This document shows, piece after piece, positions 39,000 to 52,691 of a DNA stretch of 64,000 bases. How positions within the stretch are numbered: the first letter of the stretch is position 1; every line of letters starts with the position of its first letter. Under the pieces are notes generated by a model. The model was not told the origin of the DNA and searched no databases. It saw only the letters and a program-made list of their open reading frames with translations. This stretch comes from Vicugna vicugna (lineage: Eukaryota). The stretch lies in NCBI GenBank assembly GCA_013265495.1, contig MU058337.1, positions 6,864,716 to 6,928,715 of the forward strand, read 5' to 3'. A program made the translations under genes and the position numbers.

Positions 39000-39722
39000 C
39001 ATCTCCTTCTTTCCTTTGCATAATATTCCATTATATGTATACACCATGTTTTGTATCCAGTCGTCTATTGAATATACAAGTTGCTTCCACCTTTGGGCTA
39101 TTGTGAATAATTCTGCTGTGGACAGAGGCATACAAATATATCTTAAGTCCCTGCGTTCAGTTCTTTTGAGTGTACACAGACATGGAATTGCTGGATCATG
39201 TGGCAATTGTATTTTTAATTTTTTGAGGATATTTAAGCAATTTTAAAGTGTATAATTCAGTGCATTAATTACAATCACAATGTTGTGCAACTGTCATTGC
39301 TATCCATTCCCAAACTTTTCACCAGTCTAAACAGAAACCCTGTATCCATCAAACAATGACAACCTATTCCCCACCCGCACCCCCAGTAATCTGTATTCTA
39401 CTTTCTGCCTTTATGAATTAGCCTATTTTAGGTAGCTCCTTATAAGTGAAATCATACATGCATACTTGTTCTTTTGTTTCTGGTTTCTGTCACTTAACAT
39501 AATGTTTCAAGTTTTGTTCATGTTGTATCAGAATTTTATTCTTTTTTATGGCTGAATTATATTCCATCATATGTATATATCTCACTTTTAAAAAATCCAT
39601 TTGTCTGTCTACAGGCACTTGGCTTGTTCCACCTTTGGGCTCTTGTGAACATTGCTGCAGTGAATATTGGTATACTAGAATCTATTCAAGTTCTGAATAG
39701 TATATACCTAGGAGTCGAATTG
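39000..39722 (-). mobile_element. Two L1 (L1MA/MB-like) 3' fragments
   Basis: ORF 38952-39206(-) PHDPAIP...ELFTIAQRWKQ is the L1 ORF2 C-terminus. A second 3' UTR begins at ~39245. Confidence 0.85.
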
Positions 39723-41486
39723 TCCTCCTCTAACTCTAGACGTACTTTCTGTGTAAGTTAAACAGAACCAGTTAAGCCACTGAACTCCTAAGTAGTGGAG
39801 TAATGGCCCATTCATACATTCACATGTTCATTCAGGAAATTTTCATAGCAGAAGCTTTTTGAATAAAAAATGGATGAGAACGTATCTCTCCCTACTTCAT
39901 ATTTACTAATAGCAGTGATGACTGTGATTTAGTTTCTCTGCCTGTAAAATGGATGAATCAGTATCTCTCTTCTGAGGTGGGAAGGTAAATGGGGAAGACA
40001 CCATCTAATTCTGAGGCACCATGTTTTTTTTCTTCTTTGCCGATAATGGTTTAAAAATGACTCATAGTAAAGGCAAACTCAGATGAAAGGTAGTTTGATC
40101 TCTTCCATCTCTTTCCTTCAGCCTCATCCTTTAACTTCAACATGGTGTTGTCTTTGATTGCTCTGGTTTGTGAGTGATACCAGTGGAATTCAGAATATAA
40201 ATAGCAAAGGTAAAAAGAGGAGCAGGCTTTATCAAACCACCTGCGGCAAAACAATAGCAATAAAAGAAATTTGATGTTATTCTGTGGCTGTGCTTTCTCT
40301 CTTACTTGCCCTCAAACCCTATTCAACAAACCGGTAAAGAAAAGCCCCGTTTTTAGGTTTGTCACAGTTAAGAACTGTTTTGTGTGGATTTTTGTTGTTT
40401 CCCTAGGTGTTCTGTAAAACTTGTTTCATTGTGATTTGTCTTATTTCTGCTACTGTGAGCTAGGTGTCTGCCATTTAGGATGTACTAGGAAGACAGTTCA
40501 GCCTAACACAAATAGGGTTCTGGGTTCAGCTATCTTGGCCTCAGCTCTGGGTGTTAGTGGGCCACGTGGGCCCACCTTCTCTCAAATTTTCAGCTAGATC
40601 AGAAGTTAACCTGAGAATGGAGAGTAACATTTCTGTGTTATAATTATAGAACCAAGTCTTCATTTTTCTAGGTGAGAGCACTCATATTTGTAATTTTGCA
40701 GCCTTTGGGGTTTATAAATAGATCTGAATAATCCCCATGAACTAGATTTCAGAGCAGTTCAGCAGAAGAGTCACACACATCCTTTGACATGTGGCAAAGC
40801 TTCGCAACATCTTTTACGGTGGAAAAGGAAAAAGGTGAAAATGATCTGTATGGAAATTCACTTCAGATTTTGACTTAGGCTTCTCCATGATTCCCTCTTT
40901 CTTGCCTAATGTGTTAGGGCAGATAATCTTTGAGATGTGGTGTTTAAGCTATGGTAGCCCCATCTGTTGTGTGTTCTTTCAGTGCAGAATTAACCTTATT
41001 CCCAAAACCTCCTGATGTTTTCCTGGGAGCAGGAAGGTGAGTGAATAAAGGTGGAGAGTAGGGAGTGCTTCGCTCCCTTTGGTGATAACCGTCTGAGTTT
41101 GTGCTGTGTGATGGGCCCAGGCCACATGCACTGTCACTGGGGACTAGGTAACAGTCTGAGGTTTCTTAGTTACAGTAACTGATCCTGGCTCCAGGCCTTG
41201 GCAGGAGGCAGAATCGTCCAGCAGTTACTGAAATCTGGGACCTTATTTTTATTTTTTTTATTCTTTTGCACAACTATCTGAGTTTCAAAGGTTCCTGCAT
41301 TTCTCAGAAAATTCTTACTGTTGGCCTTAAATAAAACCAGGTGACTTGTCTTGGCTTATAGAAAGAATATCTTTGAAAACAATTTAAATAATTTAATGCA
41401 ATTACATTAAATTAGATTAAGTTGAATTTGAATAATTAAATTTGTATCCTAAGTTTTTTCTTAAAAGCCTAATGTGACATTTTCTT

Positions 41487-43177
41487 TTTTTTTTAACATT
41501 TTTTATTGATTTATAATCATTTTACAATGTTGTGTCAAATTCCAGTGTTCAGCACAATTTTTCAGTCATACATGGACATATACACGCTCATTGTCACATT
41601 TTTTTCTCTGTGAGCTACCATAACATTTTTTCTCTGTGAGCTACCATAACCATAACATAACATATATTTCCCTGTGCTATACAGTATAATCTTGTTTATC
41701 TATTCTACAATTTTGAAATCCCAGTCTATCCCTTCCCACTCTCTGCCCCCCTGGCAACCACAAGTCTGTATTCTCTGTCTATGAGTCTATTTCTGTCCTG
41801 TATTCACACTTTGTTTTTGTTTGTTTGTTTTTGTTTTTGTTTTTTAGATTCCACATATGAGCGATCTCATATGATATTTTTCTTTCTCTTTCTGGCTTAC
41901 TTCACTTAGAATGACATTCTCCAGGAGCATCCATGTTGCTGCAAATGGCATTATGTTGTCGGTTTTTATGGCTGAGTAGTATTCCATTGAGTAAATATAT
42001 CACAGCTTCTTTATCCAGTCACCTGTTGATGGACATTTAGGCTGTTTCCATGTTTGGCTATTGTAAATAGTGCTGCTATGAACATTGGGGTGCAGGTGTC
42101 ATTCTGAAGTAGGGTTCCTTCTGGATACAAGCCCAGGAGTGGGATTCCTGGGTCATACGGTAAGTCTATTCCTAGTCTTTTGAGGAATCTCCACACTGTT
42201 TTCCATAGTGGCTGCACCAAACTGCATTCCCACCAGCAGTGTAGGAGGGTTCCCCTTTCTCCACAGCCTCTCCAGCATTTGTCATTTGTGGATTTTTGAA
42301 TGGCGGCCATTCTGACTGGTGTGAGGTGATACCTCATTGTAGTTTTGATTTGCATTTCTCTGATAATTAGTGATATTGAGCATTTTTTCATGTGCCTTTT
42401 GATCATTTGTATGTCTTCCTTGGAGAATTGCTTGTTTAGGTCTTCTGCCCATTTTTGTATTGGGTTGTTTATTTTTTTCTTATTGAGTCGTATGAGCTGC
42501 TTATATATTCTGGAGATCAAGCCTTTGTCGGTTTCATTTACAAAAATTTTCTCCCATTCCATTGGTTGTCTTCTTGTTTTACTTATGGTATCCTTTGCTG
42601 TGCAGAAGCTTGTAAGTTTCATTAGGTCCCATTTGTTTATTCTTGCTTTTATTTCTTCTAGGAGAAAATTTTTGAAATGTATGTCAGATAATGTTTTGCC
42701 TATGTTTTCTTCTAGGAGGTTTATTGTATCTTGTCTTATGTTTAAGTCTTTGATCCATTTTGAGTTGATTTTTGTACATGGTGTAAGGGTGTGTTCTAGC
42801 TTCATTGTTTTACATGCTGCTGTCCAGTTTTCCCAACACCATTTGCTGAAGAGACTGTCTTTATTCCATCGTATATTCTTGCCTCCTTTGTCAAAGACTA
42901 GTTGACCAAAAGTTTGTGGGTTCATTTCTGGGCTCTCTATTGTGTTCCATTGGTCTATATGTCTGTTTTTGTACCAATACCATACTGTCTTGATGACTGT
43001 AGCTCTATAGTATTGTCTGAAGTCTGGGAGAGTTATTCCTCCAGCCTCTTTCTTTCTCTTCAGTAATGCTTTAGCAATTCTAGGTCTTTGATGGTTCCAT
43101 ATAAATTTTATTATGATTTGTTCTAGTTCTGTGAAATATGTCCTGGGTAATTTGATAGGGATTACATTAAATCTGTA
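41487..43177 (-). mobile_element. Young 5'-truncated L1 with poly(A) and 11-bp TSD
   Basis: GACATTTTCTT at 41476-41486 and 43178-43188, poly-T at 41487 and a TT/AAGA endonuclease site. The ORF2 frame is open from 43177 to ~42053 and includes the CCHC motif CWRGC...HCWWEC. Confidence 0.97.
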
Positions 43178-45224
43178 GACATTTTCTTAAAAGCCTAATC
43201 TGACATGTATCAGAGTTACTCGCTTTACCCCCCAACCCCTTTTTGACATTTGTGATTAGTGTGGGAAATTATAGTACCCATGGCTGCAGTTGTGAATAAC
43301 ATAAACGTGACAAAATTTATTGTCTTAGTTATTTTGGTGCAATATTATAGGCTTGTGGATTTTTACTTTTTTCACTTAACAAAGTCCTTGTAATTTATGT
43401 GGTTTAAGTTATTGATATAAGTCTTGCCTGATTTCAATAGAAAAGGACAGAAGGAAAATAAACACAGTGGAAATGGGGAGAGGGAATAGTGGTGCTGTCA
43501 ACAGTAATCCGTTTGGGGGGACAGTGTAGAGGCTGCTGCCCACAGGTGTATTTTAAGGGCTGTTTAGGAACTGTGCTTGTGGGGACAGCTAAGAAACAGA
43601 GTACTGGTAGTGGTTTGATTGAAGGGGTAATGGGAAAGACTTCACCCCACCATATGATCTTTACTAAGACCAGAAAAATCTATCATTAGTATTTCACTTA
43701 TTTGTGTTAAGTACAGCAGTCTTCCTGTGGTTTCCTTTATTGAGTGTATAATTCTGGGAGCATTAATGCCTTAGCTTACTAGTATCTTAGTGTGAATTAG
43801 TTTTTCTATGAGATTTTCTGATTAAATTTTATATAAGATTAACTGTCTTCTGAGATGAGATGGGCCATACAAAAAAGGAAAGAGCACAGAACGGGAGAGC
43901 AACTTCATAAAGCTTCCCAGTGACCATGGTTGATGGCTGAGTTGGCAGTAAGGTGGGAAACTTCGTGATCGGTGGTTGCTTCTGGCAGGAATGGATCCGC
44001 AGTGATCCAGGAACTTTTATCTGTCACTGGTTTTATACTCTAACCTGGGAAGATGAAAGATAATGTGTATAAAATATCTAGCTTAATCTTTGGCATAACA
44101 CATGGCAGGTACTGAATTTTTGAAGCCTCATAAAAATAATATATTGTTGGTGGTTATCAATAACTAATAATATAGTTTTACTTTCTTTAACAACCTTCAG
44201 AATGAAAGGCAAAAGCCTCTTGGGTAAAAATGTTAAAATAAAACCCATAGACCTTGTTTCTTCCTTGGAGATTGTGGCAAGAGTGTGAACGGAGAAATTG
44301 ATACTTGGAAATATTTAGGGATAGTAGAATACTTTGTATGCTGATTATTGCTCCTTCAAGAAATCTGGAGAGATGGGGAGCCACCTTCAGGGAGTCAGCT
44401 GGGTGCTAGCATCTGTCTAACATTAGATTCTTCCATCTTACTTCATGCCCAGGTAGTGGATGGCAGGCTGGGGCTGGGGTCCCTGCAGAGGACAGGATGC
44501 TGGTGTTCCACAACGCGCACTCCTTCCTTTGTTGGGTATCTGTTGCAGCTGGCTGGTCTCTCTGTGTTTCCATATGGGCCATGGAGTGCTGCGTTGATGC
44601 CCCCACCCCGACTTGGATGTTCTGCGGGCATCTGAGCACTTCCATGAGAAAATGGTCATGCTGAGATGCCAACAGCTAATGACTTATGGTTATTAAGGAT
44701 GTTTTGATCTTTAAACAGAACGGTCCTTTGGCTGAGTATCGGTTTGGCATCTGTTGCTCCTTGAATTTTTTCTCTATTTTCAAAAAACCAGCTCATTTCT
44801 CTTTCCTATGATGTATTTCCTGTGGTTCTTGTGTTTTTGTGGGCAAGTTTAATATGAGGGAAGTTCAACAGATTGTGAATTCTGACTTTTTCTTAGCCAC
44901 TAGAGGAGTGAAACATGTTCTTTATCTCCAAACTGGAAACATAGTTTTTATTTGTTGATTTTTGAGAGGGTTTATATACTTTGTGGATCCTTATTAGCAT
45001 CTGGGCCCATTTTTATCTGAGTTTTGAGGTAATTTCAGATAAAGAGGATGAATATGGTGATGGTGAAAAACTCCCTTCTGAAGCTGGGTCAAGTCCTCCA
45101 GAGAATGTCCTCATCATCCTCATCTCTGCTTTCTTTGCCTTGCTCCTTTGATTGGCATATCTACCAGTTAATGACTTGTAAAGCATTCTTATAGCTTTAA
45201 GTTCTAGGTGTTAAAAAAACCACG

Positions 45225-45448
45225 GAGTGGGGGATAAACTCGCAGTATGGGATTAACAGATACCACTATATGTAAAATAAACAATAAGGATTTACTGTAA
45301 AGCACAGGGAACTATATTTAGTATCTTCTAATAACCTGTAATCAAAAATAATCTGAAAAAGAATATATATATGTATAACTGAATCACTTTGCGGTATACC
45401 TGAAAGTAACACATATTGTAAATCAGCTATACTTCAATGAAAAAAAAA
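45225..45448 (+). mobile_element. Artiodactyl-type L1 3' end
   Basis: gggattaacagatac...agcacagggaactata...aactgaatcactttgc...ttgtaaatcagctatacttcaat plus an A tail. Confidence 0.88.
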
Positions 45449-46649
45449 CATCCAGAACTTGTTTGGGTGATATTTTCTTTGATATGAAAGCTTGTGTTCT
45501 TGTTAGGGGGTGGCAGAGAAGAGGGAGGATGAAGAGTCCTCAGGCTCCTGGCCCCAAACCCGGGGTGAGATGTGTGTCACAGGCTCAGTCTCCATGGGCT
45601 CTGAGGAAGTTGCACGTGTGGTGTAACTACTGGAGGGTCACGGTTTTAATCACCTGCTCCTGGCCCGCAAAGGGAGCATTGAGCTGGCTAAAGAGCAGAG
45701 AACCTGGGTCAGGTTTCCCTGCCTTGCAAGCTCCTTCTTTCTCTGTTGCACGAGGTGACAGTGGAGGGACTGACGGTAAGTAGCTCGTCACTGTCTGTTG
45801 CTAGATAGGATGAGGGTTGTCCTGGTGGAGATGGGAAGGGGGCTGGTGCTGGGGAAAGACGTCTCACCTGCTCTCCACCCTTCTTACATCCACTTTGGGA
45901 AGTGAGCTTGTGGAGCTTGATTTCACACGCAGGCAGCTGTCTCTGAAAAGGCTTCATCTTTGATTTGGAGGATCAGGCACCTCTGGGTCAAAGGGGAACC
46001 AATATCTGGGGAGGTCACATGTCTGAAGTAGAGTCCAGTTTTAGAGTCAGAGGCACCTTGGGGCTGCAGCTGTTCCAGGGTCTAGATGAAGAAAGTTTAT
46101 GGACTTGACACTAGTGTCTGGAACATAGTGGGTGCTTATGAAATGTTTATTGAATGGAAGAGAGACTATGTGAGTCATTCAAGATCACACCGTCACTGAT
46201 TCATGTGTCTGCTCTTTTAGGTATTTCTACTGGTGTATCACCCCAAAGCCTTATTTATTTTTCTCTTACAGGCCCGAAATATGGGATGAATTATAGGTAC
46301 TGCATTGTAATTAAAACATTACTGAAGTTTTATTTTCTGCTCCTTGTCATATATAAATTGCACATCCCATGTGTGTTTCAATTTTTCATTTGTTTTTACT
46401 CGCTGTGTACTGTTTGAAATTTTAGACAGGATCCAACATGTAATCAGGTGTTATTTTACATTCCAAAACCTAAATATCCCTTATAAACTTTGAAAACTTC
46501 ATAGGTTATTTTAGATATATTCAAATATTGGATTAAAAATTTTTTTTAATGTGTACCACACCTGTTGCTTGTACTTTTAGGTATGATGAAGATGTTGGCC
46601 TAGGAGAGTGTCTGCTGCATTGATTATCTTGAAAGATCGATAATTTCTT

Positions 46650-46820
46650 TCTTTTTCTTTTAATATATTTGTGTTGAAGTATAGTCAGTTTACAATGTTG
46701 TGTCAGTTTCTGGTGTACAGCACAATGCTTCAGTCATATAGGAACATACATATATTCGTTTTCATATTCTTTTCAACCATAAATTACTACAAGATATTGA
46801 ATATAGTTCCCTGTGCTAAA
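46650..46820 (-). mobile_element. ~170-bp L1 3' end with perfect 12-bp TSD
   Basis: CGATAATTTCTT at 46638-46649 and 46821-46832; body gaagtatagtcagtttacaatgttgtgtcagtttctgg...ttccctgtgcta. Confidence 0.93.
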
Positions 46821-49800
46821 CGATAATTTCTTAATGAAATTCAGTTTTATGTGTTAGGGGTCATTACCTGGCCACAGGGTGTGTCACTCCTTCAAAAACT
46901 ATCTGTTGCGCCGGTAGCCTTTAACTGGAACCTTCAAATCAGATTTATTTTTCTCTAGTGTGCCTTTACTCCGTGGGTGTGGCAGGCCTCCTGAAGCTCT
47001 GGGCTGGCCAAGATCTGATGAGAAACCTTCAGCCTCAGCTGCTACCTCCCCTTAGACAGATACTCTGAGGTTGGAATTGAGGGGGTGGGTAGAGTGTGTA
47101 AGTTCTGAGGTGTTCCAAACGTATTCAGATGAACTCACTGTTACTGTTTATGCATTTTTGCCTCACAGTTGGGCCTCGCCTCCAAAATTCTTAAGTAATG
47201 TAAAGTTGAGTAAGAATAGCTGTTGATGACACTGTCGGTTGGAACCAGGAAATGGAGTGATTTATTGAAGTCCAAACAATGCCAGAACATATTTTTAACT
47301 ATTCATTTTCATTCCATTCTCAGCCACATTGTTTATCAGCTGATATTAGTAGCAAAGGTAAATTTCAGGGATTTGAATTTCACTTTTTGGTTCTTGATGT
47401 ATTTACCTTACAAAGTGGGAAGTCACAAGAAACTGTCAGTGATGGAATCATGTTATAAGTATATTACTTAAAGTGACACAGGTAACTAAAGAGACCTGAA
47501 AATAGTGACATTGTGAGCGTAAGAGTGTTGTTGGTGTGCTGTCCTCACCTCTTGGAGCAGAAAGTTGATTGAAAATGCTTAGAAAGGGTAAATTTAGAAA
47601 ATCTGTCTATTAGAGATACAGAGGGACCTACCAGGAGAAGCACCCAAATCACTGAACAGGTTTGCCTCTGAAGAGCAAGGCTGGGCATGGAGTGGGGTGA
47701 GCCAGGCTACACTTACTTTTCATCCTAAGCCCTTTGGTAATATTTGTATTTTTACTTATGTATACATATGTTACTTTGACAAACACAAAACATACGTTGT
47801 TAAAAATTCTGCCATATCTTCTTTTCCAGAGTAGAGTAGGGACCATACAGTAGCAGAGTTGTGAACTTTAAGCATTGGGAGTGAGAAATGAATTTGGAGA
47901 AGCCTAGAGCCCTGGTCACCCATAGACTGTCTCCAGGCCTGCTTCTTTCTCCAGAACTCACAGTTTGGTGAAAATCTTGCCAGAGCTTTGAACCATGAAA
48001 AAACAAACAAAATAGTAAACCAGGAAGGGAAGGATGATGAATCATTTTAAACACCACGTGAGCATCTTCCAGAACCTCAGGCACGCTGGACCACATTACC
48101 AGTGAGCTATCACCAAGCACCAGTGTTGGATCTGCACTTGAGCTGCCCTTGTGGTCCCCGGTGCTGCCCATGGACCAGGGACCTTGCCAGATTGAAAATT
48201 TGTGTCAGAGCTGATTACTCGACTAGTAGGAGCCCTACTGTCCAAGAGTACTGAATAGGAAAGCAAGAACTGAATTCCAGATAGGCAAGGGAAAAGAAGG
48301 AAAAGCGAAATGTTGAGGTTGTGTCCAGGGACACTTTGCAGGAAAGGCCTGTGGCTTAAGGCTGGTGCTTCTTAGAATGAATGTTTCAAGAACAGATTTG
48401 ACTAGGGTTTAATTTTTTGTTTGATTACTTTCAGAGAAGACCCCAGGAGTGAACAGCAGTGTAACAGAGAAGATATTCTTAGACCCAAAAAGGTTTAAAA
48501 GTAGAAAAATACTCCCTAATTCTTGTTATCTAATTCTGGGACCTTGACAGTAACAAACCTGTGTACTTGTATGGCAGGGACATTCGTCCAGCCCCACGTT
48601 TCTTAGTCTGTTGGCTCTGTGCCCCATCCAGGGAGAGCTGGAATCTGTGCAGTGTTCACCTTAGGGTGTCCCATGGGAAAGGTGTATGTTCTGAGGAAAT
48701 CAAGAATATATGCTTTTTTTTTTTTTTTTTGGCAAATAGACCATAGTTTGCTTCCAGGGCCAATTGGAATGTATTTTAATTAGCACATCATCTTAGGAAA
48801 TTTTTTCCATTGAGAAAAGTATCCTAAAAGGCTTGGTTTACTTTGTTTATTTGGCCCCCATATATGTGAGTCCAACACAACTGTCAAAAAAAACCAAAAC
48901 CAAAAACATAAACATAGATTTCAATGGCTTTTTGACATTGTTTTAAATAAATATTTTGTCTATTAATTATTACGAATAGAAGAGACTAAACTTTGCTTCA
49001 TCCAACTTTTGCTCTCTGTTCATACTCACCCTTATGGGAGAGGAAATTTCAGGTTGGATTTTCACTTGAAGCATAACCTGAAGAGGAGCCTTTAGGAAAC
49101 ACACAGAGCTACCATTTGTAGCATCAGTGCACCTGTGAGTTATCAGTGGGGATGTCTTTATGGAGAGTGAGGGGTCACAAGTTGGATATAAGAATGAAAA
49201 TGAAGAAGTCAGGTGGATTGAGGCGCAGAGACAGATGCTGGTATCTGAATTTATACTCTGAATAAAACAGGTTTCGAGGGTGTGGATGACATGCATTCAA
49301 GATATTTTAGCACTGCAGTGATTCAGCGTGGCTTCTGGGGAGCACCCCTGGGGGCCCTCCACTTTCCTGTTGACTGGGCAAGTTCTACAGGGTGTTTGCT
49401 GCCAAGACAGGTCCTAAAAGTTGGGCAACTCTTTAATTGTTGTTTTCTAGAATAGAGCTAAGGGGGTTAGCACACTGGTTGTAAAATCCTTCCTCCTTTT
49501 GAAAACCTCAAAACCAACAAACGACTTCCTTTCTTAATCTCTGAGAGGGTGAGTGATGAGGCCTGGCCTTTAGTTACGTAATGTAAATGGCACCAAGGAT
49601 AGCTTCCTCCTACTCAGAGCAGGTGGGCATTGTTCCAGCAAACCTGGCAGTGAGCATCCCACCTCCCACATTCCCGTTGAAGAAAGGTGGGTTTGGAGAA
49701 GTCACTCAGCGTGGCCCTGCGAGTCTGGGGTGATCTACTGGAAAAGGAGTCCCCTTCTCTTCCGTCTGCTTTATAGACTTCCTGGTTGTTTTGTTAGTGG

Positions 49801-52691
49801 TAGGCACTTTAACACTGTTTTTTAAAAAACTAATTAACATAATGAGGCATCTCTTGCAGAAGATCTTTCCATCTGGGTGCCACTAAATGGCTTGTGGGTG
49901 ATATTTTTATGGCAGGATTAGGGCGGGAGTTTCCTCCCTTGTGTCCCGTTGTCTGTATGGTAAAATCCTGTCCTGCTGCTGGAAAATCTGAGAAGAAATG
50001 GGGGGGAGCATGTGTGTGATGTCAGCAGCTGAGCTTATAATCAGGCGAGTGCTTTTAGTTTAATTTCTACTGATGGTTTTAAAAATTGCATCGTAGTTTG
50101 GGGGAAATAACTGCCCTTGTCTTCAACCTGTTGTCAATATGGAAACGATTTCTAAGGGAGCCCGAAGTGTCTTTTCAGTTAACTCAACTCCTCTGTGTCC
50201 TAAGCTTTTGGATATCTCAGTTCTTTGTGTGTGTGTGTGTGAAAATTTGCAGTTTTATAAGGCATCAGTGAGTAGTTACTGTGTTACTTTAAAATAAAGA
50301 AGTAGGAAGTCATCCTGATTTTCATGAATAGTGGTCTATTGTTCCTTTCCAGTTGCCACCATATGGCCGTCGTGGGTGGTGTGGGTCTGGCTGGGGTCCT
50401 CAGCCAGGTGAGGGGACGTTTGTTGTCTCCAGAGGTTGAAACACCTCAACTATAGGAAGCATCTGCTGCTGCAGGAAACCTCACACTAAGCATTTATTGA
50501 TGTCCTACTGTATACCTGCTAGCTGCTGAGGGAACAAATATAAATAGCACCCAATGCCTGCTACTGAGTTGCCTGCAGGGTTCTTATTTCTTGAGTCAGT
50601 GATTCTAACAAACAATTGCAGGTGGGCTGGCCAGTTGTTTCCCTCAGTGTCTATGTTTAAATCAGTTTGCATAGTCAACTCGGGACAGTGAGCAATCAGG
50701 GTTGGCCCTGGCTCCCCACCTGTGAAGTTCAGCAATGTTGCAGAAGCAGTTGAACATGCTTTACGACCAGCAAACCATGACTGAGTTTCCTGAGCTATTG
50801 TTAGCAGATAACTTCATAGCAGAGTTAATGTGGTATATAAATAAGAATCACAATTGAGTTATATGGTAATTAGATATAAACAATAAATAAGTGCTCACGG
50901 TTATTCATTCAGCAAACATTTACTAAAGGCCTCTAGTGCCAGGTGGTGCCCTCAGTACTCACCCCTGCCATGTGAGGGGTGGTCACATCAGTGCTGTCCC
51001 GACTACAATGTGGTACATGTAGAGGCTGGTGGGGCAGGGGCGAGCAGACATGGAAGTCGGCCGTGTGCCATCTTGGAGTGCTTCGAAGAGGGGCTAAGCT
51101 GAGTCGGGGGGTTATGGATAATTCTGGGAAAGGAGTCAGCCCTCCTCCATCATTACCACTGCCTGCTTAAACCCCCTGGTTCCCTCTGGGGTGTCCTAAG
51201 CTCCTCTTCCTCACCCTTGCTGGGTAAGGAATGGAGATGGTTGTTGGCAGCTACACTCAGTCTGCCTCATCTTGTTCTTGAGTCCTGCTCGTGGAACTGT
51301 CTGGCTGCCTCCCTCTTTCCTCCATATACCTAAAGGGTCCTTGAGTCCCCTGCTCCTGAATTCTACATGGTAAATGATGGAAAGCTAGAGGGGCTGACAT
51401 CCCAGGATACAGGACTGTAGAGAAACAGGACAGATGACCCTCCTATACTTAGGGAGAAGAGAGCCTGTCCAGGATTTCTGGGGCAGGGGCCGGGATGCTC
51501 TGAGGGGCCCCTCAGAAGTCTGGGGCAGAGGAATGGATGTGTTCCCATTCAGGCTGCACACTCCAGGTGCCTGCACCTGCTTGAGGGCCAGCTCTAAGGG
51601 AAGTTCAATTTCCAAGGCAAGGAAAAGATGGGGTGATTTTTTTTCCTGTTTCCTTCATTTACCTCTAAGTCCTGTTAAGGTGACTGTAGGGGGTTTGAGG
51701 GGCTTGGGGCTCAAGGCAAAAGGTACAACCATGAGAGGCAGTAGTAACACACAAGCTTGACTGGATGGCACTTGGACGAGGTTGCATGAGACCAGCCAGA
51801 GACTTACAGCCAGGGGACCACCATTCAGAAGGGGAGGAGGGCAGGGGATCCCTGGGGTGGACTGAGGGGGTGCTGGAGAGGGCTTCTGTGTCGAGGTGAG
51901 GCTGCTCAACAGCAGAGAGCTCTGGAGGCCCCTGGCAGCCTGGGGCCTTCTAACTGTAAGACTCTTATCCATGTCAGGTGATAGTCCATGGGGAATGTGA
52001 AGGAGGTTAAATGGCTCAACATCTGCTTGTTTGTGCTACTTTTCAAAATCAGATGTAGAAGAATTTGAGTTTGGTGCTGGTGGGCTCTTGAGCTAACCAG
52101 TCTCAGCCTGCAGTAAAGAAATAAATGACCGAGGGGCCAATGCCCAGAGGCCATCTTTGCCCCACTTATGTAACAGTGAGACATCTTTCCGGTCCACAGT
52201 TGAAAGTAATATGTCTAAAGATATAAACGTGTGCGGAGCAGTAACTCACTGGTGTTAACAGAATTCAATCAAAATTTAAAAATATTTCCAGGTTCCTTCC
52301 TGGTTTGACAGAGGATCTGCATGTCTGGGAAGCATCACTCTGCCCAGCAGGACTGAGAAGGTAACTGATGATGTGCAGGAGGAGGAGGCTGGACAGTGCA
52401 GGAAACTTACACACCTTTTAGTTGGGAGGCAGGATGATGTAGGGAAAAGGCCACATTAGTGGAGTCTGGGGTATAAAATGCTGCTCCGCCGAATCCTGCT
52501 GCACAATCTCAAGCAGGTTAACTTTTGATGCTTCAGTGACTGGTTGTAGAACAGAGATAAAACCTCCCTTGGCAGTTTGTTAGACTCATTGGCTGCAAAG
52601 AAATAAAGGTGCCTGACCATAGGCTGCTAATAAAAGTCCACTAGAAAATTGTTACAACCACAGAGTTTCCTGTATTAATCATATTGGTCTC

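Noticed and set aside
41401..41412. attacattaaat repeated at 43161-43172 inside the L1 5' end
   Set aside because: AT-rich 12-mer whose second copy is in-frame L1 ORF2 sequence; most likely coincidence rather than a TSD.
42011..42925. 304-aa ORF as a host gene or active retrotransposon
   Set aside because: It is the C-terminal part of L1 ORF2 in a 5'-truncated copy lacking promoter, ORF1, EN and RT, with a frameshifted end. ORF 42345-42905(+) is its antisense shadow.
51499..51516. Perfect 18-bp palindrome tctgaggggcccctcaga
   Set aside because: About 0.24 expected by chance in 64 kb (64000/4^9); no supporting context.
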